A stretch of DNA of 64,000 nt, from positions 3,104,001 through 3,168,000 of the forward strand of contig OY762897.2 of the NCBI GenBank assembly GCA_963666515.2, written 5' to 3'. Positions 17,571 to 27,933 of the stretch are shown piece after piece. The translations under genes and the position numbers were made by a program. The notes below the pieces were generated by a model. That model did no database searches. It saw only the letters and a program-made list of their open reading frames with translations, and was not told the DNA's origin. This stretch comes from Candidatus Binatia bacterium (GTDB taxonomy: Bacteria; Desulfobacterota; Binatia; UBA9968; JAJDTQ01). The number at the start of each line of letters is the position of its first letter. Within the stretch, counting starts at the first letter, position 1.

Positions 17571-19640
17571 CCCATCTTTAACATGCATGTGCGGATTTTG
17601 GGGTATTTGGGGGTGGGTAGAGCTTTTAAGGTGTTGAATTTATTGAGGTCAGGATTCTAGCGCCCTAATGTAGTGCCATAATTGTAAGATTTCCTTGATT
17701 CTCGTCCCGCCCTCTGATATCCTGCACCCATGTTCATCCGCCGCACCCAGACCCGCGGCGCCGACCGGGGCAGGAGCTACTTCACCCACCGCCTGGTGCG
17801 CTCCGAGCGCAGCGGCGTGCGGGTGCGGCAGCGCACCCTGCTCAATCTCGGCAGTGACTTCGAGGTGGCCCCGGAACATTGGGCGGTGTTGTGCGCGCGC
17901 GTCGAACAATTGATCGACCCGCAAGCGGTGCTGGTGGAGTTGGGGTGTTCGGAAGAGGTGGAACGGGAGGCCCAACGGATCGCCATGCAACTGGTGAGCC
18001 GGGCGCCTCGGGCGGAAGGCGGCGGAGGGGATGTGCAGGCCGTGGATGTGGACTCGTTGGAGTTGGTGCGCCCGCGCTCGGTGGGGGTGGAGCACGTCGG
18101 GCTTTGGGCCATGGAGCAGGTGGGGCTGGACGAATGTTTGGAAGGCCTTGGGTTCAACGGTCGGCAAAGGGCGGCAGCCATGGCGTTGATCATCGGACGC
18201 ATGGCACAGCCCGGATCGGAACGGGCCACTTGGCGGTGGTTGTGCGACCGCAGCGCTCTCGGCGAGTTGCTCGGCGTGGACTTCGAGAGCCTGAGCCTGA
18301 TGCGGCTCTACCGTGCCTCGGATGCGCTGATGGCCCATCGCAAGGCCGTCGAGAGCCACTTGTTCGAGCGGGTGACGGAGTTGTTTGGCCTGGGGCACAC
18401 GGTGACGCTGTACGATCTCACCAACACCTTCTTCGAGGGCGAAGCTCAAGGCCAGCCCAAGGCCAGACGGGGGCACTCGAAAGAGAAGCGCAGCGACTGT
18501 CCGCTGCTCACCCTGGGGCTGGTGCTCGACGGTTCCGGCTTCGTGCGCCGCTCCGAAGTGTTTGCCGGCAACGTCGATGAAGACAAGACCCTGGCGTCCA
18601 TGCTTGAAGCCCTCAAGGCCCCCCGCCAGGCGCTGGTGGTGATGGATGCGGGCATTGCCACCGAGAACAACATCGCCTGGTTGCGCAGCCACGGCTACCG
18701 CTATCTGGTGGTCAGCCGCCAACGCACCCGGCTGTTCGATCCCGAACTGGCTACCGCCATCGAGACCCGTTCCCAACAAAAGGTTCACCTGCACCGGGTG
18801 GTCGATGAGGACCACGACGAGGTGCGGCTTTACTGCTACTCCGAAGCTCGCGCCAAGAAAGAAGAAGGCATTTCCGAACGCTTTGCCGCACGCTTCGAGG
18901 GCGCCTTGCAAAAACTCCACGAGGGGCTCTCCCGCCCCCGCACCCGCAAGGCCCTCGACCATGTCTGGCAACGCATCGGGCGCATCCAGGAGCAAAGCCG
19001 GGGGGTCGCTCAGCATTACCAGGTCGAGGTCGTGGCCGACATCCAAGGCGACAAGGCCGTGGCCGTCACCTGGAAACGCCAGCCCCGCCCGGGCACCATG
19101 CTCACTCATCCCGGCGTCTATTGTCTGCGCACCAACCTCGACGACTGGGACCCGCAAGCCCTCTGGCGCACTTACACCATGCTCACCGACCTCGAAGCCG
19201 TATTCCGCTCCCTCAAGTCCGAACTCGGCCTGAGGCCCATCTTCCACCAAAAGCAGCACCGCTCCGACGGCCATTTGTTCATCACCGTCATCGCCTACCA
19301 ACTCGTGCAGATTGTCCGCCGCCGACTCGCCGCCTTGGGCGAGACCGCCAGTTGGACCACCTTGCGCCGCATACTCCAGGGCCAACACCGGGTCACCGCC
19401 ACTTTCCGACGCAAGGACGGCCGCACCCTGCATGTCCGCAAGGTCACCCAGGCCGAACCCCAGCAGCTTGAAATCTACAACGCTCTCCGCCTCGATTCCG
19501 CGCCTGGCGGTATCAAAAAGTTGATCGTCTGAACTCTCGGAATTCCCGTTGAATCACCAGAATGTAGTGCCAGAAGACCAAAATCGCCCCGCTAACACCC
19601 CGATTTATAACGACTTTCAAATACCCTTGTTAAACCTGGG
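17571..19640 (+). mobile_element. IS1634-family insertion sequence, 2070 bp
   Basis: Terminal IRs CCCATCTTTAACA / TGTTAAACCTGGG; TTAA target duplication at 17567-17570 and 19641-19644. Confidence 0.92.
17730..19532 (+). CDS. IS1634 family DDE transposase
   Basis: R.RQRTLLNLG, LYDLTNTFFEG, RGHSKEKRSDC, VMDAGI, EAVFRSLKSELGLRPIFH; intact 600 aa. Confidence 0.93.
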   Translation: MFIRRTQTRGADRGRSYFTHRLVRSERSGVRVRQRTLLNLGSDFEVAPEHWAVLCARVEQLIDPQAVLVELGCSEEVEREAQRIAMQLVSRAPRAEGGGGDVQAVDVDSLELVRPRSVGVEHVGLWAMEQVGLDECLEGLGFNGRQRAAAMALIIGRMAQPGSERATWRWLCDRSALGELLGVDFESLSLMRLYRASDALMAHRKAVESHLFERVTELFGLGHTVTLYDLTNTFFEGEAQGQPKARRGHSKEKRSDCPLLTLGLVLDGSGFVRRSEVFAGNVDEDKTLASMLEALKAPRQALVVMDAGIATENNIAWLRSHGYRYLVVSRQRTRLFDPELATAIETRSQQKVHLHRVVDEDHDEVRLYCYSEARAKKEEGISERFAARFEGALQKLHEGLSRPRTRKALDHVWQRIGRIQEQSRGVAQHYQVEVVADIQGDKAVAVTWKRQPRPGTMLTHPGVYCLRTNLDDWDPQALWRTYTMLTDLEAVFRSLKSELGLRPIFHQKQHRSDGHLFITVIAYQLVQIVRRRLAALGETASWTTLRRILQGQHRVTATFRRKDGRTLHVRKVTQAEPQQLEIYNALRLDSAPGGIKKLIV

Positions 19641-19973
19641 TTAAGGGATTCGGCGACCCTTCCACTGTTTCAATTCGGTGAGCTTGATCATCAGCGAATG
19701 GAAGAGCAACTTCTGGAGTCACTTCCTGGAGAACTGTTCGGTCTGGTGTCGGAACAGTCAGTCACCCTGGATGCGTTGCGACACATGCTTGCAAATCGGA
19801 CAGCGGCCTGTTTTTCCGATCTTGACCGGGCTATTCTCAGACTCGTCGAGGAAGGAGAGTTCGAAATTCGCGATCCTGACGGCAAGGTGAGATCGAGATC
19901 ATTGAAGCGGTTGAATTCCACGGATCGAGTTGCGTTACCTGCAACGTTGTGGCTTCCGGGGTTACCCCGTCGG

Positions 19974-22900
19974 TCATGAGACCTTCACCGTAAGCTCTCC
20001 TGAGATTGCTGCAATACGGCGTGCCGTGTCCATAAATTGCTGGACTTCTTCGAAGCGCAACGGGCGTCCGAGGACGGCGCGTTCACGGTAGGAAAGCCAT
20101 TTCTTGAGCACTTGGTAACCGCCGAGTTTGTAGTTCCAAACGACGGTAGGGATGTTTCGCCAAAAGGCAGTGGCGTTGAGATAGACGTCGAAGGTCGTAT
20201 CGCCTAAGGTGGCCAGCGCGTTGCCCAGAGCGGCGTGTTCTTCTACCGTGTATGAGCGCTCTATGACGTGGCCCTGACCAGGCATAACCGCGTCGTCCTT
20301 GCCGTAGTGGCCCCAGCCTGCGGTAACCGCGAAATCGTTGGGTCCCATGTTGTGACCGGCGAGTGTAGCCGGTACGGCGATAGCGGCGATCTCCGGACGC
20401 AGCGGACCTTGCGTGACTCCGAGCACTGGGGTGTCGGGATCGAGCAGCGTGGCGAGTTCGCGGCCCCACACCGCCGATTCGGAAAGCACTTCGACTGCGT
20501 CTCTGACATCACCGTCCGGCCAACCGAGCAGCGGGATACGTGGCCATTCCATACGCAATGCGCCGGCATTGGCCTCCCGGTACGAGGGCCTGTGCAGTGT
20601 GGCGAGTATGTGATGGAAGAGGTCCTCGACACCCAAACCGAGGCGGTCGAGATAACGTTCTGCCGTGGCGGAGAGATTGGGGCGTCGTTGGCCATCACCT
20701 ATAACATCATCCCGCAACCAAGCTGGGAAATAGCTAGAAAGCCCATTGCCGAGATTGTCAGCAAGGTGCCGGACAACGGTTCCACGCGAATATCCTTCCT
20801 TCGCTTCACGCTCACGCGCTTCAATCCAGAGATTACCCTCAAAGACGTGCGGGTTGTAATCAACACGCTTTTCATCGAGGAGCTTCGTATCCTTCTCCCA
20901 GTACAGCCAGCGGTTGTCGAACGGCCGATAGGCGAAACGGACAAAACCGGCTTCGTCTGGGCCTCCGCGTTTCAGCAACTCGTCGCGCACTGCCTGTGCG
21001 CGGAATCGCGCCGTGGATCTCATAACGCTCGGATGACGCCGTGCAATTTCGTCATGGCTCAGTTTCACGTCAAAATAATCGGCTACGCGCGCCCGGAGCC
21101 GATCAAGGTCCACATCAACGAGAAAGCCATCCCGGCTGGTCTTGACGCCAGGGAACGACACCGGAAAGAGTTCTGGAAGCGCGGGCCAGCCAAACCAGTC
21201 GTCGCTGACGGGCATCGGCTTGAAGGGCAAACCCAGTCGGATATTGGGAACGAGCGTCGAATAGTCTCCATCCATTAGATCGGCAGAAAGGCTGTCCAAC
21301 AGGGCCTGTCGCCTTTCTTCGGCCCTTGCTTGGTGGAAGTCGCGGTAGAGGAGACGACGAAAAGTCGGGCTTGCAGCCACCTTGGTCTTCAATAGTAGGG
21401 CGATGCTCGTGCCAACCTTTATACCCGGAGATTGTCCTCGAAGCGCGAAAACCGTCTCACTGGTCCGTCCATCGGGAGCATATTCCGAAACGATGCGGTC
21501 ACCATGCAGGTTGTCGATGCGGATTGCGTCGAACGCCTCTAGGTAGCGCTCCCGCATGCCTGTGAATGACAAGCCGTCAAGCCATGAATAGTTGGAGATG
21601 AAGCAGACCACGCCCTGGCCGGTCTTCTCCGCGATGCGGCGTTCCGCCATGCGGAAGAAACGGACATAGAGGTCATTCAGCCCCTGTCCTTCGGGTCGGC
21701 GCACCCGCTTCGTCCTACGATAGGCTTCGGAAAGCTCCCGTTCTTCCTCCACAGCCATTCCCGCAAAGCCGTTGTAGGGCGGGTTGCCGAGGATCACGAG
21801 GATCGGCTTCTCCCGCTTTACCTGCTCCGCCCGGTCGCGTTCTTCCTCAAGCTCGGGGAAGGGCAGCGGCTTGGTGGTACGCGGCTCCCAGCCGGTCAGC
21901 GCATTGGTCAGGAACACGCCGGCGCGTTCGGTTTCATCATCGGCGAGGGGCGCATCGAGGGCCTGCATCGTCAATCCCACTTGCAGATGGGCGACGACGA
22001 AGGGGGCTGGCATGATTTCGAAGCCGAAGACCCGCTCGGTCGCCGCCTGCTTCACCCGCGCGCCTGTGAGCGCTCCGAGTCCCTGTCCTTCAAGATTGGC
22101 AGCGATCCGGCGCAGCACTTCGGCAAGATAGGCCCCGGTGCCGCAACAGGGATCGAGCACGTAGACGTTTTCCGCGGTCAGCCCTTCCGGGATGCCGAGG
22201 TCGTCCTTCAGGGCCTTGTCCACGCGGGCGACCATGTAGCGGACGACTTCCGTCGGCGTGTACCAGACGCCCAGTTGCTTCCGCAGGTCGGGATCGAAGG
22301 CTTCCAGGAACGGTTCGTAGAAATATGGCACGGCCTCGCCCTCGCTGAGGCGGGCGAAGAAGGCTTCCCGGTCGACGCGATCCAGCGCAGCCGCGGTCCA
22401 ATCCAGAACTTCGACGAGACCGAGCGGTTGAAGCCTGCCAGGGTCGGAAAGCTGCTGGAACAGCGCCCTCAGGACCGGGGCGCGCAGGTGCCAGACCGCG
22501 GTGCGCCAGTCGAATCCGCCTGCCGGCGTCGGCGTCTGCCGCGCCCACAGAACCCAGGCGGAGAAGACGCCGTAGAACAGCGTCTGCACCAGTGTCGAAC
22601 GGAAGAAGCGGGCGCCCTTGTCGCCTTCGAAGCGGACGCCAAGCGCCTCCTCCAGTGCCGACCGCACCGCCTTGAGCGATGGTGCATCACCAGCCGCCTC
22701 GACCCGCGCAAGACCGTCGCGCGCGTAGGAAGCGAGCAGCCAAGCCAAGTCCTTCGGCTCTGCGAGCGCCGCACGGTGCGCCAGCGCACGGGCCAGATAC
22801 TCGCCAAGGCCGGCGCCTACCTCGGCTGCGAAGGCGCGCGGCTTCTCCAGTCCACGCGCAAACGCTTCTTCGCTGTCCGCCAGACAGAACGATTCGAGGG

Positions 22901-23324
22901 TGGCCTCGCCGCCACTTGCGTCCGGGCCGACAAGCGCAAACTCGCGTAGGTTGGTCACCAGCACCAGCCGGTACCGGCCCCAATAACGGGAGACCTGGTC
23001 GCGCACGCCGGGCGCGTCCAGGTCCTCGCCGGAAGACTTGACTTCCACAACTCCACGCTCGGGAGTCTGGCCCTCGCGTGGCCGGCCCTTCTGCACCTGC
23101 TTCGCCGTGAACAGACCGAAATCGGGATGGCCGGCGCCCTGGTCGGCCAACTCGCCGACGCAGAAGACCTTGGGCTTGAGCGTGGCGCCGACGGCGTTGA
23201 GTAGATTGGCGAGCGGCCCGTAGGCGGACCTTTCCCCGGTCGCACTGCCGGACGCGCGCACCCTCCGCAGGTCGGTGAGGTAAGCCTCGACGGCGTTCGT
23301 CAGCTTCGTATTGGGTCCTGCCAT
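19974..23324 (-). CDS. Type ISP/IIG-like restriction-modification enzyme (nuclease + N6-adenine MTase + TRD, no helicase)
   Basis: N-terminal PDF...VEVK nuclease motif, YEPFL..FDP..RK..GVWYTP, LDPCCGTG (motif I), GNPPY (motif IV), YRPFD, C-terminal GGYQVLKKWL..R. Confidence 0.88.
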   Translation of the reverse strand: MAGPNTKLTNAVEAYLTDLRRVRASGSATGERSAYGPLANLLNAVGATLKPKVFCVGELADQGAGHPDFGLFTAKQVQKGRPREGQTPERGVVEVKSSGEDLDAPGVRDQVSRYWGRYRLVLVTNLREFALVGPDASGGEATLESFCLADSEEAFARGLEKPRAFAAEVGAGLGEYLARALAHRAALAEPKDLAWLLASYARDGLARVEAAGDAPSLKAVRSALEEALGVRFEGDKGARFFRSTLVQTLFYGVFSAWVLWARQTPTPAGGFDWRTAVWHLRAPVLRALFQQLSDPGRLQPLGLVEVLDWTAAALDRVDREAFFARLSEGEAVPYFYEPFLEAFDPDLRKQLGVWYTPTEVVRYMVARVDKALKDDLGIPEGLTAENVYVLDPCCGTGAYLAEVLRRIAANLEGQGLGALTGARVKQAATERVFGFEIMPAPFVVAHLQVGLTMQALDAPLADDETERAGVFLTNALTGWEPRTTKPLPFPELEEERDRAEQVKREKPILVILGNPPYNGFAGMAVEEERELSEAYRRTKRVRRPEGQGLNDLYVRFFRMAERRIAEKTGQGVVCFISNYSWLDGLSFTGMRERYLEAFDAIRIDNLHGDRIVSEYAPDGRTSETVFALRGQSPGIKVGTSIALLLKTKVAASPTFRRLLYRDFHQARAEERRQALLDSLSADLMDGDYSTLVPNIRLGLPFKPMPVSDDWFGWPALPELFPVSFPGVKTSRDGFLVDVDLDRLRARVADYFDVKLSHDEIARRHPSVMRSTARFRAQAVRDELLKRGGPDEAGFVRFAYRPFDNRWLYWEKDTKLLDEKRVDYNPHVFEGNLWIEAREREAKEGYSRGTVVRHLADNLGNGLSSYFPAWLRDDVIGDGQRRPNLSATAERYLDRLGLGVEDLFHHILATLHRPSYREANAGALRMEWPRIPLLGWPDGDVRDAVEVLSESAVWGRELATLLDPDTPVLGVTQGPLRPEIAAIAVPATLAGHNMGPNDFAVTAGWGHYGKDDAVMPGQGHVIERSYTVEEHAALGNALATLGDTTFDVYLNATAFWRNIPTVVWNYKLGGYQVLKKWLSYRERAVLGRPLRFEEVQQFMDTARRIAAISGELTVKVS

Positions 23325-23491
23325 CGTTCTATTGCGGACAGACGTGCTCTCGTCGGCAGGGGTTCAGGCGGCCTCGAAGATGGAAACCGTCGTCATAAAG
23401 ACAAAATGTCATTTCCTTCAGACTATGCAAGTCCCTGAAGCTGCAAGAGGGCGTTGCCCCACAAGGCAAGTCGGACGCCGCGAGGCGCGCC

Positions 23492-24238
23492 CTATGCCTT
23501 CATCCGGGTTGCGCTGAAGGCCGTGAACGGCGCTTGCGCCAGGAAGTCGTTCCAGAAGGGCTTGGCCTGCTCGGCCGGATCCAGGGCGGCGTCGATCCAC
23601 TGGAAGTCCGTGAATCCGGCGCTGTGCATAGCGGCTTCGTAGGCGGCGGGTTCGAGGTAGTAGTTGTCGAACTCGACGGTGCGGCCGTCGGGGTTGGTGA
23701 GGCGGTAGCGGACGGGGGCTCCCTCGCGCGGGGGCCAGACGCCGGTGCGTTCGAATCCGTATTTGGCCAGCGACGCGCCGGGCCTGGGCGGGTTGCGGAC
23801 GTTGTCGTTGAAGCCGACGAGACGGCCGCCCGGCCGGAGGGCGCGGAAGCAGGCGCGGCAGAAGCTTTCCAGTTCTTCCCGGTTCCGCGCGTAGTTCAGC
23901 AGGTAGATGGCGGTGACGACGTCCACGGGTGCGGCCGGCGTGAACGTGGCCGCGTCCGCGCAGACGTAGCGGCAGCCGGTTGGCCGGGCCTGTTCCTCGG
24001 CTTCGGCAAGGGCGATCATCTCCCCGGAGATGTCCACGCCGGTGACCTCAGCCGCGCCGGCCTGCTTGAACTGGCGCGAGTAGAACCCGTCGCCGCAGGC
24101 AAGGTCCAGTACGGTCCGCCCGCGCAGGTCCCCCAGCGCCCGGAACACGGTGTAGCGTTCGACGGAGTAGCGGAACGGGAGCTGCTTGGAGTCGCGGTAG
24201 CGCTCCGCGATGGCGTCGTATGTCGCCCCGCGGGTCAC
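23492..24238 (-). CDS. Class I SAM-dependent methyltransferase
   Basis: VLDLACGDG, GVDIS..MI, LRPGG; starts 3 nt after ahcY. Confidence 0.88.
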   Translation of the reverse strand: MTRGATYDAIAERYRDSKQLPFRYSVERYTVFRALGDLRGRTVLDLACGDGFYSRQFKQAGAAEVTGVDISGEMIALAEAEEQARPTGCRYVCADAATFTPAAPVDVVTAIYLLNYARNREELESFCRACFRALRPGGRLVGFNDNVRNPPRPGASLAKYGFERTGVWPPREGAPVRYRLTNPDGRTVEFDNYYLEPAAYEAAMHSAGFTDFQWIDAALDPAEQAKPFWNDFLAQAPFTAFSATRMKA

Positions 24239-24241
24239 GCC

Positions 24242-25510
24242 TCAGGTGCCCATCTCCCACGAGGACAGGTAGCGCTTCTGCTCCCGGGTGAGCTTGTCCA
24301 TGCGGATGCCCATGGTTTCGAGCTTGATGCTCGCGACCCACTCTTCGAGGGACTGGGGCACGTCGTAGACCTGGGGAGAGAGGCTGTCGCGGTTCCGGAC
24401 GGCCCACTCGGAGGCCAGCGCCTGCGTGGCGAAGCTCATGTCCATGACCGAGGCGGGATGGCCCTCGGCTGCGGCGAGGTTGACGAGGCGGCCTTCTCCC
24501 AGGAGGAAGAGGCGCTTGCCGCCGGACAAGGTGTAGCAGTCCACGTGGTTGCGGACGTTCTTCTCGCGTTTGGTGGCCATGGCCGTGAGCGCCTTGAGGT
24601 CGATCTCGATGTCGAAGTGGCCGGAGTTGCAGATGATGGCGCCGTCCTTCATGGCCTTGAGGTGGTCCTTGCCGATGACGTGCATGTCGCCGGTGAGGGT
24701 GATGAAGAGGTCGCCGACCCTGGCGGCCTCCTTCATGGGCATGACGTCGAAGCCGTCCATGGAGGCTTCCAGCGCGCGCACCGGGTCCACCTCGGTGACC
24801 ACCACCTTGGCGCCCATGCCGCGGGCGCGTGAGGCCACGCCCCGGCCGCACCAGCCGTATCCCGCCACCACCACCCGCTTGCCCGCCAGCAGCACGTCGG
24901 TGGCGCGGATGATGCCGTCGATGGTGGACTGGCCGGTGCCGTAGCGGTTGTCGAAAAGGTGCTTGGTGGCGGCGTCGTTGACCGCGATGATGGGGATCCT
25001 GAGGGCGCCGTCCGCCTCCAGGGCACGGAGCCGGATGACTCCGGTGGTGGTCTCCTCCATGGAGGCCATCATGCCGCCGGCCAGGTGAGCGTATTCCTGG
25101 TGCAGCATGGACACCAGGTCGGCGCCGTCGTCCATGGTGATCACCGGGTGGTGGTCCAGGGCCGAGCGCAAATGGCTGTAGTAGGTCTTGTGGTCCTCGC
25201 CGCGCACCGCGAACACCGCCAAGCGCTCCTTCTTCACCAGCGCCGCGGCCACGTCGTCCTGCGTCGACAGCGGGTTGGACGCGCACAGCACCACGTCCGC
25301 GCCCCCGGCCTTGAGGGTGCGCACGAGGTTGGCTGTCTCCGCGGTCACGTGCAGGCAGGCGGAGAACCGCAGGCCCTTGAGCGGCTTCTCCTTCTGAAAG
25401 CGGGCGCGCACGCTGCGCAGCACCGGCATCTCCTGGTCCGCCCATAGGACGCGCTTCCAGCCTTCGGCGGCCAGTGAGGGGTCTGCGATGTCGAATTCAG
25501 GTTTTGCCAT
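24242..25510 (-). CDS. ahcY: Adenosylhomocysteinase
   Basis: [44 protein letters not shown]....GHP. Confidence 0.97.
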   Translation of the reverse strand: MAKPEFDIADPSLAAEGWKRVLWADQEMPVLRSVRARFQKEKPLKGLRFSACLHVTAETANLVRTLKAGGADVVLCASNPLSTQDDVAAALVKKERLAVFAVRGEDHKTYYSHLRSALDHHPVITMDDGADLVSMLHQEYAHLAGGMMASMEETTTGVIRLRALEADGALRIPIIAVNDAATKHLFDNRYGTGQSTIDGIIRATDVLLAGKRVVVAGYGWCGRGVASRARGMGAKVVVTEVDPVRALEASMDGFDVMPMKEAARVGDLFITLTGDMHVIGKDHLKAMKDGAIICNSGHFDIEIDLKALTAMATKREKNVRNHVDCYTLSGGKRLFLLGEGRLVNLAAAEGHPASVMDMSFATQALASEWAVRNRDSLSPQVYDVPQSLEEWVASIKLETMGIRMDKLTREQKRYLSSWEMGT

Positions 25511-25514
25511 GTTC

Positions 25515-26699
25515 TCAGCCCTTGACCGCGGCGCTCAGCTTGTCGGCCCGGTCGGTCTTCTCCCAAGTGAAGTACGGGGCCTCGGGCTTGCGGCCGAAAT
25601 GACCGTAGGCGGCTGATTTCTCGTAGATGGGCGCCCGCAGATTCAGGGCGTCGATGATTCCCTTGGGAGTGAGATCGAAGTTTTTTCGCACCAGCTTCAC
25701 GATCTCGGCATCCGGCAACTCGCCCGTGCCGAAGGTATCGACGGCGATTGAGACCGGCTCTGCGACGCCGATGACGTACGCGAGTTGTATCTCGCAACGC
25801 CGGGCCAGTTTCGCGGCCACGATGTTCTTGGCCACGTAGCGGGCCATGTACGCCCCGCTCCGGTCCACCTTGGAGGGGTCCTTGCCGGAGAACGCGCCGC
25901 CGCCGTGCCGCCCCATGCCGCCATAGGTGTCCACGATGATCTTGCGGCCGGTGAGGCCGGCGTCAGCTTGGGGGCCTCCGATCTCGAAGCTGCCGGTGGG
26001 ATTGACGAGAAACTCCGTGTCGCTGTCGATGTACCGGGCCGGCACGACTTCCCTTATAACACTGTTGACGATGTCCCTCTTGAGATCGTCGTGCGTGATC
26101 TCGGAGTTGTGCTGGGTCGAAACCACCACGTTGCTAACCCTGTGCGGCCGGCCGTCCTGGTACTGAACGCTGACTTGGGACTTCGAATCGGGGCGAAGGA
26201 ACCCGGAGAGCGGAACCTTCCCGGATTTCCTGATCTCGGCCAAGTCGGACACGAGATCGTTGGCGAGTTTGATGGGGAGCGGCATGAGTTCGTCGGTCTC
26301 GTCGCACGCGTAGCCGAACATCATCCCCTGATCGCCCGCGCCCTGTTCCTTGTGGAGCCCCTGGCCTTCGGTGACCCCTTGCGAAATGTTGGGCGACTGG
26401 CTCACCAGTTTCACGAAGACTCCGCAGGTGTTGCCGTCGAAGCCCTTGTCCGGATGGTCGTAACCGATGTCGAGCGCCACCCGGCGCGCCACGCCCACGT
26501 AGTCCACCTTGCCCTTGCTGGTGATCTCCCCCGCGATCACGATCAGGTCGTTCTTGACCAGAGTCTCGCACGCCACCCGGCTGTCCGGGTCCTGCGCCAA
26601 GTGGGCGTCGAGCACCGCGTCCGAGATCTGGTCGCACATCTTGTCGGGGTGTCCCTCCGAAACCGACTCCGAGGTGAATACAAAATCTTTGTTCGTCAT
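25515..26699 (-). CDS. metK: S-adenosylmethionine synthetase
   Basis: [36 protein letters not shown]. Confidence 0.98.
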   Translation of the reverse strand: MTNKDFVFTSESVSEGHPDKMCDQISDAVLDAHLAQDPDSRVACETLVKNDLIVIAGEITSKGKVDYVGVARRVALDIGYDHPDKGFDGNTCGVFVKLVSQSPNISQGVTEGQGLHKEQGAGDQGMMFGYACDETDELMPLPIKLANDLVSDLAEIRKSGKVPLSGFLRPDSKSQVSVQYQDGRPHRVSNVVVSTQHNSEITHDDLKRDIVNSVIREVVPARYIDSDTEFLVNPTGSFEIGGPQADAGLTGRKIIVDTYGGMGRHGGGAFSGKDPSKVDRSGAYMARYVAKNIVAAKLARRCEIQLAYVIGVAEPVSIAVDTFGTGELPDAEIVKLVRKNFDLTPKGIIDALNLRAPIYEKSAAYGHFGRKPEAPYFTWEKTDRADKLSAAVKG

Positions 26700-26732
26700 G
26701 GATGATTCCTGTTCGGCCCTTCCGTTGGTGTG

Positions 26733-27008
26733 TTAGTCGCTCTCGCGGAACTTGTCCTCGATGAGCTGCTCGATGGCGAGCATCGCTTCCTGGGCGTCCT
26801 CCCCCCTGGTCTCGACGCGGATCTTGCTGCCCTTGGCCGCGCCGAGCGTCAGGACGCCCATGATGCTGCGCGCGTTGACGACGTTGTCGTCCTTGGAGAT
26901 CTTCACCTCCGAGGAGAACTGGTTCACGGTCTGGACCAGCAGCGCGGAGGCGCGGGCGTGCATCCCGAGGCGGTTCTTTATCTCGAGTTTCTTCCTAACG
27001 CGGTGCAT
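26733..27008 (-). CDS. ptsH: HPr/NPr phosphocarrier
   Basis: GMHAR (His15) and ARSIMG (Ser46). Confidence 0.9.
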   Translation of the reverse strand: MHRVRKKLEIKNRLGMHARASALLVQTVNQFSSEVKISKDDNVVNARSIMGVLTLGAAKGSKIRVETRGEDAQEAMLAIEQLIEDKFRESD

Positions 27009-27011
27009 CGA

Positions 27012-27887
27012 TCATCTGTCAATGTCCCGGTGCCTCAACTGAATGCGCCACGGCGTCCCCTCGAGACGCCGCGCGAACTCGGCGGCCAGCACCACCGACC
27101 GGTGCCTGCCGCCGGTGCAACCGAAAGCCACGGTCAGGTTGCTCTTGCCTTCACGCTCGTAGTTGGGCAGCGTGAAGTCGAGCAACGCGCTCATGCGCTC
27201 CACGAAAGCACGCGTTTCCGCCCGGCCGAGCACGAAATCCCGTACTTCCGCGGCCAATCCGTTCCTGGCCTCCAACCCACTAACAAAAAATGGGTTGGGA
27301 AGGAACCTCACGTCGATCACCACGTCCGCCTCGGACGGGATCCCGTGCTTGTAGCCGAAGGACATGAGGAAGACCGACATCTGCCGCCTCCCCAGGGCCT
27401 CGACGCACGAATCCTCGATGACCTGCTTGAGGTCGTGGACGTTCAGATGGGTCGTGTCGATGACGCGGTCCGCGGAATCCCGCATCCCCGTGAGGGCCGC
27501 CCGCTCCCGCGCGATGCCCTCCTGGACCGACCCGCCGCCCTGGAGCGGGTGCGGCCGGCGCGTTTCGTTGAACCGGCGCAGCAGCAGCTCGTCGCTGGCG
27601 TCGAGGAAGATGACCTCCACGTGGTGGCCGGCCCGGCGGGTCTCCGCCAGCACGCCGTGCCACCCTTCGATGAACTGCGCGCCGCGCAGGTCGATGCCGA
27701 AGGCGACCCGCTGGATGCCCTCGCGGTAGCCTTGGCACAGGTCGATGAACCGGGGGATGAGCGCCACCGGCAGGTTGTCGATGCAGAAGAAGCTGTTGTC
27801 CTCCAGGACCCGCATGGCGGCGTTCTTGCCGGAACCCGACAGGCCGGTGATGACGACGATGTCAAGCAGGCCGGGCATGCGCTTCAC
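27012..27887 (-). CDS. rapZ: RNase adapter RapZ
   Basis: ITGLSGSGK, CIDNLP, ETRRPHPL, SFGYKHG, DVRFLPNP, GCTGGRHRSV. Confidence 0.95.
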   Translation of the reverse strand: MKRMPGLLDIVVITGLSGSGKNAAMRVLEDNSFFCIDNLPVALIPRFIDLCQGYREGIQRVAFGIDLRGAQFIEGWHGVLAETRRAGHHVEVIFLDASDELLLRRFNETRRPHPLQGGGSVQEGIARERAALTGMRDSADRVIDTTHLNVHDLKQVIEDSCVEALGRRQMSVFLMSFGYKHGIPSEADVVIDVRFLPNPFFVSGLEARNGLAAEVRDFVLGRAETRAFVERMSALLDFTLPNYEREGKSNLTVAFGCTGGRHRSVVLAAEFARRLEGTPWRIQLRHRDIDR

Positions 27888-27933
27888 GCGGACCCATCAC
27901 TGTCCCCCGCAGGCGGACCGGAAGGCGCCGGGG

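Larger units (their letters stand above)
16652..19979 (+). pseudogene. tcmP: Three-Cys-motif partner protein TcmP, interrupted by IS1634 (parts 16652-17570 and 19645-19979)
   Basis: HS.AK..VL..YL, IDGFAGGG, FLLDQTG motifs. Removing the IS and one TTAA restores the frame ...WDTLRDSATLPLFQFGELDHQRMEEQ..., giving 417 aa. Confidence 0.88.

Noticed and set aside
19698-19979. Independent 93-aa gene
   Set aside because: It is the in-frame C-terminal part of the IS-interrupted tcmP.
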